Below are positions 37,509 to 46,733 of a stretch of 64,000 nucleotides of DNA, in pieces. The translations under genes and the position numbers were made by a program. Source of the stretch: Bryobacterales bacterium (lineage in GTDB: Bacteria; Acidobacteriota; Terriglobia; Bryobacterales; UBA6623); contig JAPPMB010000164.1 in the NCBI GenBank assembly GCA_028819255.1, positions 6,109-70,108 on the forward strand, given 5' to 3'. Below the pieces are notes generated by a model. The model was not told where the DNA came from. It saw only the letters and a list, made by a program, of their open reading frames with translations, and did no database searches. Position 1 is the stretch's first letter; every line of letters starts with the position of its first letter.

Positions 37509-38720
37509 CTACATGGCCCTGCCCCCGCGGATCCAGTCGATTTTGAAACGAGCCACGCTGAGATACTTCACGTGAGTTCCTCGATCCGAGGGTGTGCCGT
37601 CCTCGTAGACGCAGTAGATGTTGCCGTCCCCGTCCGAGGCAAGGTCGCTGTACCCGCTGACGCCCGGCTCGATGACGCGCTTGTATGGCCAGGTCTCGCC
37701 GTCGTCCTCGCTGATCCGAATGCTCAGGTTCTGCCGCTTCCAGTTTCCCTCCGGATTCTCCGGACTGCGCGGCTCGGTGCTGTCCGGATTTGCGAACAGG
37801 AGGGCGTCCCCAACCCTCAGGAGGCTGCCCATGCAGATGGGCTCGACCAGGTCTTCGTCGAAGCGAATCTCAGACCAGCCGGAGGCTCCGTCCGGGCCGA
37901 TCGTCACCGCCCGCCTGTGCTCCGGAGATTCGTTGCGAATGTTCAGCATGACCGTTCCGTCCGAGAGTTCTACTGCGAGGGTCTCGGAGGGGTTCTTCAG
38001 TTCCGGGTGCCGCACGACCACGTCGCCTCGCTCCCAGGTCGCGCCCCCGTCATCGCTGTAGATCGTTGAGACTATCGAGGGACGGTGGGCGTGGCCACCA
38101 GTGCCGTCCGACAGCCAGACAGGGACGATCAGGCGTCCGTTTGAATGGCGGATGCCGTGGCCGGGCCCCGTGGCAATGACCTTCCAGTCGTACTCCTCGC
38201 GGAACTTCTCGAACGTGTCGGTGATCTCGACCGGCTCGGTGAACGTCTCGCCGTCATCCTCCGTGCGCGTGTAGTAGGCCCGGGCGTATGTGCTGCAGAC
38301 CAGGAAGTGCACGACTCCAGCACTTGGGTCGGCAATCGGCACGATATTGTTGTAGGTGGTGACCCCGGGCTCGGTCAGGCCTTGGGCCAGGGCGGCCTCG
38401 TTCGGCTCCTGGACGCCTTCCAGCTCAACGATCTTGCGCGGCTCGTCCCACGTCTCACCCCAGTCGAAGCTCCGCCTCATCAGGATGTCCTGCAGGCCCC
38501 AGTCCCCTGATGAGCTTGCCCGCGCCTCGACCACCACCATGACTGTGCCGGCCGGCGAGACCGTGATCGCGGGGACTCTGTAATGTGCGTATCCTCCCTG
38601 TTCCGCTTCGAAGAGCCGCGAGATGTGAATGTCGGATGTCTCGGCCGGCCTGTCCGGCACCGTGTTGCACCCGACGGTAAGGCAGAGAACCGGAAGGACG
38701 GAAAGCAGGAATCGCACCAC
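37509..38720 (-). CDS. exo-alpha-sialidase (GH33, BNR/Asp-box repeats)
   Basis: Signal/lipoprotein-like N-terminus (LPVLCLTVGC). YRVPAITV (RIP-type motif). Four Asp-boxes: SFDWGETW, TEDDGETF, SDDGGATW, SEDDGETW. Confidence 0.85.
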   Translation of the reverse strand: MVRFLLSVLPVLCLTVGCNTVPDRPAETSDIHISRLFEAEQGGYAHYRVPAITVSPAGTVMVVVEARASSSGDWGLQDILMRRSFDWGETWDEPRKIVELEGVQEPNEAALAQGLTEPGVTTYNNIVPIADPSAGVVHFLVCSTYARAYYTRTEDDGETFTEPVEITDTFEKFREEYDWKVIATGPGHGIRHSNGRLIVPVWLSDGTGGHAHRPSIVSTIYSDDGGATWERGDVVVRHPELKNPSETLAVELSDGTVMLNIRNESPEHRRAVTIGPDGASGWSEIRFDEDLVEPICMGSLLRVGDALLFANPDSTEPRSPENPEGNWKRQNLSIRISEDDGETWPYKRVIEPGVSGYSDLASDGDGNIYCVYEDGTPSDRGTHVKYLSVARFKIDWIRGGRAM

Positions 38721-38781
38721 GCCATCCTACCAATGGCCTCGTCGGCTCCTTGGAGCCGCGAGCGTCGCTACAATCCGGTCT

Positions 38782-39861
38782 ATGCGCCGGCGCGAACTTC
38801 TGGCAGCAGTTACCGGCTTCGCGGCCTGCTCGACCGGTCTCGATGCGCCGGATACTGAGAGAGAATACCCGCCTTTCCTGCGCGGCTTCGAAGCGACCCA
38901 CGCGAAAGACCCACGTGCGGCCGGCCTGGCGTGGTTCCGGTCGGCGGAGCGAGGGCTGTTCCTGGAGTACGGCGTCTATTCGCAACTGGGGCGCGGTCCG
39001 TCTGTCCAGTTCGACGACCGCATTCCCGTCGCCCGCTACGGCGAGCTCGGCGCGACCTTTGATCCCGTTGGTTTCGATGCCCGGCGGCTTGCGGACCTGG
39101 CCGTGGAATGCGGCGCCCGGTACATTGGGCTCACTGCCCGCCATGCTGACGGGTTCTGCCTCTTCCGGACCATCGAGACAGACTTCAACAGTCTCGAGTG
39201 CAGCGGTCGCGACTTGGTGGGCGAACTCGCGGAAGCATGCCGGCAGTCGGAACTGGGGTTGCTGCTCTCATATTCCTATGCCGCCGACTGGCGGCACCCG
39301 TATTTCTTCCCGCCCGAGACCTCCAGTACGGACTGGCGTGGGGCGAGGCCGGCCTTTGCGGCGCCCCAGCCGGAGTACCGGTTCGGGAAGGACGAGGACT
39401 TCCTGCACTACGTGCGCTACGCACACCACCAGCTGCAGGAGATCGCCTACCGCTATCCATCTCTCGCCGGAATTCGCCTGGGGCCGCTGGCCGGCTACCG
39501 CGCCCGCCCAGATCTCTTCCCCGTGGGGCAGACGTATTCTGTCATTCGGGACGCGTGCCCAGAGGCGCTCGTCAGCTTCGGCCTCGGTGCCAATGGCGAC
39601 GAGGACTTCACGGAGTCGGACTGGGCACCCTTGATACCGGGACGGGAGACCGACCAGTCAGCTGCCGCCGGCAAACCGGTCGAGCTTTCCCTGCGCATCC
39701 GAGGTCCGGAACGGCGACGCAGGCCGCCCGGCAGACTGCGCGAAGCGCTCGATTCCGCCTCCGATCGAGGCGCAAACCTGCTCCTTGTGGCGGAACTCGA
39801 TCCCGAGGGGTCGATGGACCTCCAAGACGAGGAGACTCTGGCCGAACTCGGCTCCTTCTAG
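38782..39861 (+). CDS. alpha-L-fucosidase-like glycoside hydrolase (GH29-like)
   Basis: ATG 38782 gives MRRRELLAAVTGFAACS. GLFLEYGVYS, ARYIGLTARHADGFCLFRT and GLLLSYSYAADW resemble GH29 core strings. Confidence 0.7.
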   Translation: MRRRELLAAVTGFAACSTGLDAPDTEREYPPFLRGFEATHAKDPRAAGLAWFRSAERGLFLEYGVYSQLGRGPSVQFDDRIPVARYGELGATFDPVGFDARRLADLAVECGARYIGLTARHADGFCLFRTIETDFNSLECSGRDLVGELAEACRQSELGLLLSYSYAADWRHPYFFPPETSSTDWRGARPAFAAPQPEYRFGKDEDFLHYVRYAHHQLQEIAYRYPSLAGIRLGPLAGYRARPDLFPVGQTYSVIRDACPEALVSFGLGANGDEDFTESDWAPLIPGRETDQSAAAGKPVELSLRIRGPERRRRPPGRLREALDSASDRGANLLLVAELDPEGSMDLQDEETLAELGSF

Positions 39862-39877
39862 CGCACTGCCCGAACGC

Positions 39878-40909
39878 CTAGGCAACCATCGCCTCGGCGC
39901 TGTCCGCTCCATAGAAGCGGTACCACGGCGTGGCGTTCTGCGCCAGTCGGGTGTTGATGTGGCCGATATTCGTCACGCCATGTTCCGAGAGCCAGCCCTC
40001 AAGTGCCGCGACGCCTTCGGCGCAGTAGATCGGGATTGCCTCCTGCCACGTCGCCCTGCCGCACAGCACGCCGGAGAAGTTGACACCCGCTTCGGCTGCC
40101 CAGTCCAGCGATTCGGTGAAGACGTCATTGGCTACGCCGGCGCTGAGGTAGATGAACGGTCTGCCGGCGGCATCCGCGGCCGCGCGGAAGTGGTCCAGCG
40201 CCTCGGCCTTGGAATACACGCTCTCGCCATTGCAGGCCCTCGATCCGGCCGCATACTTCATCGTGACCGGAAACTCGACCTTGAGAACGTCGACGCCATA
40301 GCGGTCCTTGGAGAACTCGCGCATGCTCTCTGCCACGACTTCCGGCTTGCGCTTGGCGAACTCGGGGCCCTTCTCGTTGCCCCCGTCCGGGTCGTAGCCC
40401 ACGAACTCGAGGAAGAACGGCAGGTCGTTCGCAGCGCACTCGTCTCCGATCCGTTCGATGAAGGCGTGCTTGGCATCGTTGATCTTGGGATCCTCGAAGG
40501 GCGTGTAGTAGAGCAGGATCTTGACCGCGTTCGCACCCAGGGATCCGAGTCGCCGGGCCGACACGTCGGGCAGCAGGTCCGCGAAGCGGCCGGGCTTGGT
40601 GTTGTCATACCCGCTCACCTCGTAGGAGAGCAGCAGCCCGGCGTTCGACGCCCGCGCCGCGGCTCCCGGCATGCCCCACACCGGGTCCAGCAGGATCGCG
40701 CTTGCATGGGGCGTGAGGACCTTTGAGACGCTGAGCTTGAACTCGCTCATCATTTCGTCGGTGACTTCCGAAGGGGCGATGCCCTTGCCCGCGCCGATCG
40801 CCTTCTTCAGCGAGCCGCGCTGGTCCATCGCAGCTGCGCCGATGATTCCGTTCTCGGTAGAGAGAGCTTGCATGTGCGCGCACTTCGCGGCTGAGATTCG
40901 GGTGTTCAT
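39878..40909 (-). CDS. tagatose-1,6-bisphosphate aldolase-like class I aldolase (LacD family)
   Basis: ATG 40909 is preceded by AAGAGGA. ENGIIGAAAMDQRGSLKKAI and VKILLYYTP are typical of the LacD-like TIM barrel. Confidence 0.7.
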   Translation of the reverse strand: MNTRISAAKCAHMQALSTENGIIGAAAMDQRGSLKKAIGAGKGIAPSEVTDEMMSEFKLSVSKVLTPHASAILLDPVWGMPGAAARASNAGLLLSYEVSGYDNTKPGRFADLLPDVSARRLGSLGANAVKILLYYTPFEDPKINDAKHAFIERIGDECAANDLPFFLEFVGYDPDGGNEKGPEFAKRKPEVVAESMREFSKDRYGVDVLKVEFPVTMKYAAGSRACNGESVYSKAEALDHFRAAADAAGRPFIYLSAGVANDVFTESLDWAAEAGVNFSGVLCGRATWQEAIPIYCAEGVAALEGWLSEHGVTNIGHINTRLAQNATPWYRFYGADSAEAMVA

Positions 40910-40950
40910 GGATCCTCTTTCTGTCCCGGGAGAAGAATCCCAAGGCTCTT

Positions 40951-41919
40951 TCAATGGACTGAGGAAGACTGTGCGGACAGGATGCCCGACCGTCGGAAGT
41001 AGCGCTGGGCGACCTCGATGTCGTCCCGGATCTGGCTTCGCAGCGACTCGGCTGACGGAAACCTGCGCTCGTCCCGGATCTTCCTCAGGAACCTCAATTC
41101 TATCGCGTCCGGAGGGCCGCATTCCAGACTGCCCAGCAGGTACGTCTCCACGGTGCGCCGTCTCCCGTCGAACGTCGGCCGCATGCCGACGTTGGTCACG
41201 GACTCTCTACACCTGTCTTCGCCGGGCAGCAGGGTGGCGGTCACGTAGACGCCGTCCGCGGGCAGCACCTCGCTCTCCGGCGCTAGGTTCAGTGTGGGCA
41301 CGGTGCGTCGTGATCCGATTCCCTCGCCGCGGACGATCGGTCCCCGGAGGGAGAAGACCCGGCCGAGAAGGACGGCCGCGCGGTCGATCCGGCCTTGCCG
41401 GACGAGTCTCCTGACTCGCGTGCTGCTGACTGCCCGGTCGCCCACCGTGACCGTGCCGGCCAGGACGACCTCGAATCCGAGCCTCGCGCCGAGGGACTTC
41501 AGAGTTGCAGCGTTCCCGGTCTGACCTCGGCCGAACCGGAAGTTCTCTCCGACCGTGACGTGTTTGGCGGCAAGCTTCGAGACAAGGACCCTCCCGGCGA
41601 ATTCCTCGGGCGACAGCCGGGACAGCTCCGCGGTGAACGGCAGGACCGCGACCCGGTCGATGCCCTGTTCGCGGATGAGCTCGATCCTCTGGCCGATGCT
41701 CGTGAGCGCCTCGGGAGCCTGATCGGGAGCCACAATCCGGAGAGGGTGCGGATCGAAGGTGAGTGCCACCGAGGTCATGGCGCCTGCCCGGGCCGTTTCG
41801 GCGACGGAGCGCAGGATCCTCCGGTGTCCCAGGTGGACGCCGTCAAAGTTCCCGATGGTCACCGCGCACGGCCCGGTCCCTTCGGGAATCGCCTCGAGGT
41901 CTCGCCAGCTTCCCGTCAT
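40951..41919 (-). CDS. ribF: bifunctional riboflavin kinase / FMN adenylyltransferase
   Basis: ATG 41919. IGNFDGVHLGHRRIL, LTFDPHP. Kinase half GEGIGSRRTVPTLNL...ELRFLRKIRDERRFPSAESLRSQIRDD. Confidence 0.9.
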   Translation of the reverse strand: MTGSWRDLEAIPEGTGPCAVTIGNFDGVHLGHRRILRSVAETARAGAMTSVALTFDPHPLRIVAPDQAPEALTSIGQRIELIREQGIDRVAVLPFTAELSRLSPEEFAGRVLVSKLAAKHVTVGENFRFGRGQTGNAATLKSLGARLGFEVVLAGTVTVGDRAVSSTRVRRLVRQGRIDRAAVLLGRVFSLRGPIVRGEGIGSRRTVPTLNLAPESEVLPADGVYVTATLLPGEDRCRESVTNVGMRPTFDGRRRTVETYLLGSLECGPPDAIELRFLRKIRDERRFPSAESLRSQIRDDIEVAQRYFRRSGILSAQSSSVH

Positions 41920-41926
41920 CGCGACC

Positions 41927-42724
41927 TCATTCCGCGACCGCGATCTTGAGCCCGTCGTACGCGAGCGAGACGCCTGCCGGCAGCTGGCGGTCCGTTTCCT
42001 CGTGGGACAGCATGTGACACATGTGGGTGAGGAACGTCCGCTTGGGGCGGAGCCGCTCAACCCACGCAAGCGCCTCCGCAACCGTCGAGTGCATCGGATG
42101 GGGCTCATGTCGCAAGGCGCCGAGGAACAGCACGTCAAGGTTCTCCAGGCGCTCCAGGGACTCCGCCGGAATTCCGGTCTGGTCCGTGATGTACGCCGCC
42201 CTGCCGAACCGGAAGCCGAGAATCCGCTTGGGGCCGTGATGGACCTTGAACGGCTCGAAGCGCTTGCCGACCACCTCGATCACCTGGTCCTCCCTGACCG
42301 CCCTCCCGTCGAGCCGGGGAACGCCGCCCGCATGCCGGCTCTCGCCCTTGAAGCCATACGGGAACACTCTCATCAGCGATTTCAACGTCGATTCGGAGGC
42401 GTAGACGGGAATGCGGTCGCGGCGCCAGTAGTTGAACGGGCGCACGTCGTCGAGGCCCATGATGTGGTCCGCGTGGTCGTGCGTGTAGAGGATCGCGTCA
42501 AGCCGGGTGAGCCCCGCGCTCAGGGCCTGCTGGCGGAAATCGGGGCCCGTGTCGATCACCACGCTGCGCTCCTTTCCGCCAGCCGCGAACCGCACCAGAA
42601 TCGATGGCCGGAGCCGCCGGTCGCGGGGGTCCTCGGACTTGCAGACGCGGCAGCCGCACCCGATGGTCGGTACGCCGGTGCTGGTCCCCGATCCGAGAAC
42701 TTCGATGGAGAAGCCGCTGGGCAT
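41927..42724 (-). CDS. MBL-fold metallo-hydrolase (PhnP-like)
   Basis: IEVLGSGTSTGVPTIGCGCRVC N-terminus. HxHxDH motif YTHDHADHIMG. 265 aa. Confidence 0.85.
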   Translation of the reverse strand: MPSGFSIEVLGSGTSTGVPTIGCGCRVCKSEDPRDRRLRPSILVRFAAGGKERSVVIDTGPDFRQQALSAGLTRLDAILYTHDHADHIMGLDDVRPFNYWRRDRIPVYASESTLKSLMRVFPYGFKGESRHAGGVPRLDGRAVREDQVIEVVGKRFEPFKVHHGPKRILGFRFGRAAYITDQTGIPAESLERLENLDVLFLGALRHEPHPMHSTVAEALAWVERLRPKRTFLTHMCHMLSHEETDRQLPAGVSLAYDGLKIAVAE

Positions 42725-42824
42725 GGAGGAGGTCGCGGGAGCCCGGCTGACGGAGGGCTGCGTCCGCAGGAAGCCTCCATCAATGGTACTTCGGTTCCGG
42801 CATCTTCCCGGATTGTCTCAGGCT

Positions 42825-43439
42825 ATGCTGGTTTCGACGATGTACTTGAAGATCCTCAGCCACCCCGTCTTCATGAACCTAAACTTTCACATGCCGATGG
42901 TCGTGGACCTGTCCCACCCCCTGATCATGTTGGAAGGCGAGAACGGATCCGGGAAGTCCACGCTCCTGTACTCGATCTACTACGCACTGAAGGGCGAGAC
43001 CGTAGACAACTACGCCTATCGGCTGGACCAGCGCGGCACGCAGCTGGGCAAGGTGATGCTCTTTGATGCCGAACAGCACAATCCACGCAACAATCCCTCC
43101 CTGTTCGAGGACGATGCCGCAATGCACGAGTTCCTGATGACGGCAAGCCACGGGCAGGTCATGCTGTCGCTGTTCCGCGAGACGTTCCCGCAGCTTCCGG
43201 ACGGCACGGTCCTGCTGCTGGACGAACCCGAGATGGCGCTCTCGCAGGCGAACCAGCGGCGCGTGCTGAAGATGCTCAAGGAGCTCGTGGACACGAAGCA
43301 CTTCCGGATCGTGGCCGCGACACACTCCCCGCACCTGCTGAATGCGCCGCAGACCTACGTCATCAACCTCGACCGGCACGTCAACCGCAACGTCACGACG
43401 GGCCCGCTGGGGATGGAAGGAGCCTCAACGATCCATTAG
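42825..43439 (+). CDS. small stand-alone ABC/SMC-type ATPase
   Basis: Walker A LEGENGSGKSTLLYSI. Signature-like ASHGQ. Walker B VLLLDEPEMAL. H-loop AATHSP. About 200 aa. An alternative start is ATG 42840. The upstream part of the track ORF is antisense to the MBL gene. Confidence 0.7.
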   Translation: MLVSTMYLKILSHPVFMNLNFHMPMVVDLSHPLIMLEGENGSGKSTLLYSIYYALKGETVDNYAYRLDQRGTQLGKVMLFDAEQHNPRNNPSLFEDDAAMHEFLMTASHGQVMLSLFRETFPQLPDGTVLLLDEPEMALSQANQRRVLKMLKELVDTKHFRIVAATHSPHLLNAPQTYVINLDRHVNRNVTTGPLGMEGASTIH

Positions 43440-43473
43440 GACCGCGTGCCGTCCGGCGACCCGGCAAGCGCCT

Positions 43474-44949
43474 CTAGAGTTCCAGCGCGAGTTCCACCAG
43501 CGTCGGCACGCCCACGCCGGTCGGTCCGACGGGCGCATGGGGGGCCTTCTTCTCGTACCAGGCGGTGCCCGCGATGTCGAGGTGGACCCAGGCAGTGTCG
43601 CCGGCAAACTCCTCGAGGAAGGCCGCCGCGGTGACGGCGCCGCCCCAGCGGGGGCCGATGTTCGCCAGGTCGGCGACCGGGCTGTCGAGCAGGGCCGTGT
43701 ATTCCTCCCCGAGGGGCATGGGCCACATCTTCTCCCCGGCGGCCCTGGAGGCCTTGACGACCTGATCCACCCACGCCTGATCGTTGCCGAAGAGTCCGGT
43801 GTAAGTCGTGCCCAGCGCCACCACGATTGCGCCCGTCAGCGTCGCGGCGTCCACCAGGTGCGTGCAGCCCTGGTCCTTGGCATAGGCGATCGCGTCGGCG
43901 AGAATCAGCCGGCCCTCCGCATCGGTGTTCAGCACCTCGACAGTCTTGCCGGACATCGTCGTGACGATGTCACCGGGGCGCTGCGCACTGCCGCCAGGCA
44001 TGTTCTCGACGGAAGGGATCACTGCTGTCACGTCGACGCGCGGCCGCAATGAAGCGATCGCGAGCATCGCTCCCACCATGGCGGCGCCCCCTGCCATGTC
44101 GTGCTTCATCAGGTGCATGTCCGCTGACGGCTTGATCGAGATGCCGCCCGTGTCGAAGGTCACGGCCTTTCCGACCAGACCGAGGTGCGGGCTGTCCTCC
44201 GACGGAGCGTCCTCCGCACGGTACCGAATCACGATCATGACGGGCTCGAAGGCACTTGCCCTCGCAACGCCGAGCAGCGCTCCCATGCCCATCGAGCGCA
44301 TCCGCTGCTCGTCGAGCACTTCACACGCAAGCCCTACGTTCTCCGCAAGACTGCAGGCACGCGTGGCGAGTTCGCGGGGAGGGAGAAGGTTGCCCGGCTC
44401 GTTCACCAGCTCGCGTGCCCGGTTCTGCGCCTCGACCGTTGCGACGGCGCGGTCCAGAGCGCCCGGGCTCCCGTCTTCGGCCGAGATGGTCACGCTCTCG
44501 AGCCGAGAGTCCTTGCGGTTGGCGCTCTTGTGGACATCCGGCTCGAAGTCCGCGAGCCCGATACCTTCAACGACCGCCCGCACGCCGGCGTCAGGACCGG
44601 ACCCGTAGGGCGCCAGGACCGCCACACTCTTGGTGCCGGTCGTGCGCACATGACGCCAGGCGCTCCCCGCACAATCCCGCCAGCGGGCGTAACTCACCTT
44701 GTCGGGCGACCCGCAACCAACGAGGACCATGCGAGCCGCCCGAGCACCCGCAGGCCGGTGCACGATCGCAACGGACTGGTACTTGCCTGTGAGCTCTCCG
44801 CGGTCTGCCATTTCGCTCGCAAGTCCGCCGGTGAGCGAGTCCCAGTACCGAATGCCGGGAATCCGGCCGTCGTCACCTTCGTAGACGAATCCGATTGCGA
44901 CGTCGGCCTCAATGTCTTGAAGCGCGGTGTCGGTGAGTCTGAACTGCAT
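43474..44949 (-). CDS. pepA: leucyl aminopeptidase (M17)
   Basis: VGKAVTFDTGGISIKP, MKHDMAGGAAM, NTDAEGRLILADAIAYA. Confidence 0.92.
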   Translation of the reverse strand: MQFRLTDTALQDIEADVAIGFVYEGDDGRIPGIRYWDSLTGGLASEMADRGELTGKYQSVAIVHRPAGARAARMVLVGCGSPDKVSYARWRDCAGSAWRHVRTTGTKSVAVLAPYGSGPDAGVRAVVEGIGLADFEPDVHKSANRKDSRLESVTISAEDGSPGALDRAVATVEAQNRARELVNEPGNLLPPRELATRACSLAENVGLACEVLDEQRMRSMGMGALLGVARASAFEPVMIVIRYRAEDAPSEDSPHLGLVGKAVTFDTGGISIKPSADMHLMKHDMAGGAAMVGAMLAIASLRPRVDVTAVIPSVENMPGGSAQRPGDIVTTMSGKTVEVLNTDAEGRLILADAIAYAKDQGCTHLVDAATLTGAIVVALGTTYTGLFGNDQAWVDQVVKASRAAGEKMWPMPLGEEYTALLDSPVADLANIGPRWGGAVTAAAFLEEFAGDTAWVHLDIAGTAWYEKKAPHAPVGPTGVGVPTLVELALEL

Positions 44950-45118
44950 GAGACTATGATTCCAATTATGGAATAGCCGAGGGGATCAGATGCTTGGCGG
45001 CCCGGCTCGCCCGTTGTGCACCTGAACCCTACGCGTGCTCGCTCTGCCGAGCGACGGGATTCTTCAGCACTTCTGGAGACCGGCCTCTGGCCCACCAATA
45101 GACTCATGGAGGACGACG

Positions 45119-45319
45119 ATGGAAGAGACTCCGCAGACCGACCCAATCATCGCTGAATTCCGGGCCATCCGGCAGGCGTATGCCGCCCGGTTCGACTAAG
45201 ACCTTGAGGCGATGTTCCGCGACCTTCGAGCCCGGCAGGAGGCCTCCTGCCGGGAGTACGTCCGCCTGCCCGCACGACGCCGGGTGTCAGCGGCGCAGGG
45301 TCGGGACACCCCGATGTAG
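45119..45319 (+). pseudogene. small conserved-looking ORF interrupted by an in-frame TAA
   Basis: MEETPQTDPIIAEFRAIRQAYAARFD-TAA(45197-45199)-DLEAMFRDLRARQEASCREYVRLPARR... in one frame. The pattern resembles small proteins reading ...RF(N/D)YDL.A(I/M)F.DL. Uncertain. Confidence 0.35.
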
Positions 45320-45475
45320 CCTGCCTGGGGCTGAGGATGTCCCACAATCCCTTTCTTCTCGGATTCTACTTGCGCGAGATATGGCGTGACTAGGGTCATC
45401 GCCCCACATATGGTGGTCTTCAGCGGCGGCGTCGCACACGGCAGATTCCTGCTCCGCGTGGGCTCCAAGACACCT

Positions 45476-46693
45476 TCATCTCTTGCCTGCCGCAGCGGAA
45501 TGCCCGCCTGGTATTCCACGGTAGGCGACGGCCAGAACCGCAAGGTAGGCGCCGAGGACCTCGCTGTCGCCGAGCGAGACGTCGAATCCGCTGAGGATTG
45601 CGATTGCAAGCGTTGCGCATACGCCCGCATGCAACAGGAACCGGCGATCATCCGGACGGTCAGGCAGTGCCATCAGGCCTCGGCGCAAGTCCAGCAGAAC
45701 CTGTCCGAACAGCCAGATCACGATCAGGGCAGCCGGGATGCCGCGTTCTGCGGCGTAGTGAATGTAGACGTTGTGAAGGTGCCCGTAGAAGCCCGGCGGC
45801 AACTGCCGGACATCCTCGGGCTGGTACCGGGAGAACAGCGGCCCCGCCCGTTCCGGTCCTATCCCTACCAGCGGACTGTCCGCGATCATGGCCAGCCCGG
45901 TTCGCCACATCACGATCCGGGCCTGATTCTCTCCCGGCCGGATTGAGCGCACGCGCTGCTGCAGCGCGTCGGGCGCGGCAAGATAGGCTGCGACGAGGAG
46001 CACAGGCACAGCCAGCAGCGCTCTGGGCCGGCGGATCGCCAGCAGGTACCCTCCCCCGGCGAGCAGGGCCAGCCATGCACTCCTCGTAAAGCTGAGGACA
46101 AGTGCCGCCGTGATGATCGCCGCGGAACCGATCCAGATTCCCGAGCACCGGCGTCGCTCCGAGAACAGGATGTGGCACGCGAGCGCGAGGAGGACGATCA
46201 CGGATGCCTGGCTGAACGTCATCCAGTGCGAATAGAAGCCCGTCACCCGATCGTCCACGTAGAGCCGGTAGAATCCGCCGTCCAGCGCACCTGCCTTCAC
46301 CGCCGCCTGTACGAACTGCAAAGAGGCCAGCAGGCAAGCTCCGAGCACCACCACAAACCACGCCTCCGCGGCACGTCGGCACGCGTCTGTTGAGCGGAAC
46401 GCGGTGTAGATCAGAGGCAGCAACGCGAACACAAAGAACTTCTTAATCTGCGGCAGAGCGGCGACCGGTTCATCCGACGCAGCAACGGAGACCAAGGTCC
46501 ACAGCATCAGCGCCAGAACCGGCCAAATGATCCTAGGAAACCGAATTTTGGACGGCTTGAGCAGGAGCAGGAGAAGGCCCACGCCAAGGAGCGCGTGCGA
46601 AGCTGCAATCGAAGCGAAGTTCGCTGCCGTCGCTCCGAACGCTGCAACAGCGACCCACCGCTGCCAGCTGGCTCCGTCGAGGCGTAACGTCAC
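45476..46693 (-). CDS. O-antigen ligase / polymerase family membrane protein (Wzy_C-like)
   Basis: 405-aa polytopic ORF (about 10 TM) with a central loop HNVYIHYAAERG typical of O-antigen ligase-like proteins. Confidence 0.7.
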   Translation of the reverse strand: MTLRLDGASWQRWVAVAAFGATAANFASIAASHALLGVGLLLLLLKPSKIRFPRIIWPVLALMLWTLVSVAASDEPVAALPQIKKFFVFALLPLIYTAFRSTDACRRAAEAWFVVVLGACLLASLQFVQAAVKAGALDGGFYRLYVDDRVTGFYSHWMTFSQASVIVLLALACHILFSERRRCSGIWIGSAAIITAALVLSFTRSAWLALLAGGGYLLAIRRPRALLAVPVLLVAAYLAAPDALQQRVRSIRPGENQARIVMWRTGLAMIADSPLVGIGPERAGPLFSRYQPEDVRQLPPGFYGHLHNVYIHYAAERGIPAALIVIWLFGQVLLDLRRGLMALPDRPDDRRFLLHAGVCATLAIAILSGFDVSLGDSEVLGAYLAVLAVAYRGIPGGHSAAAGKR

Positions 46694-46733
46694 GGCGTCG
46701 TGTGGCGGGAGCTACAGCGGCAGCGAGCCGGTC

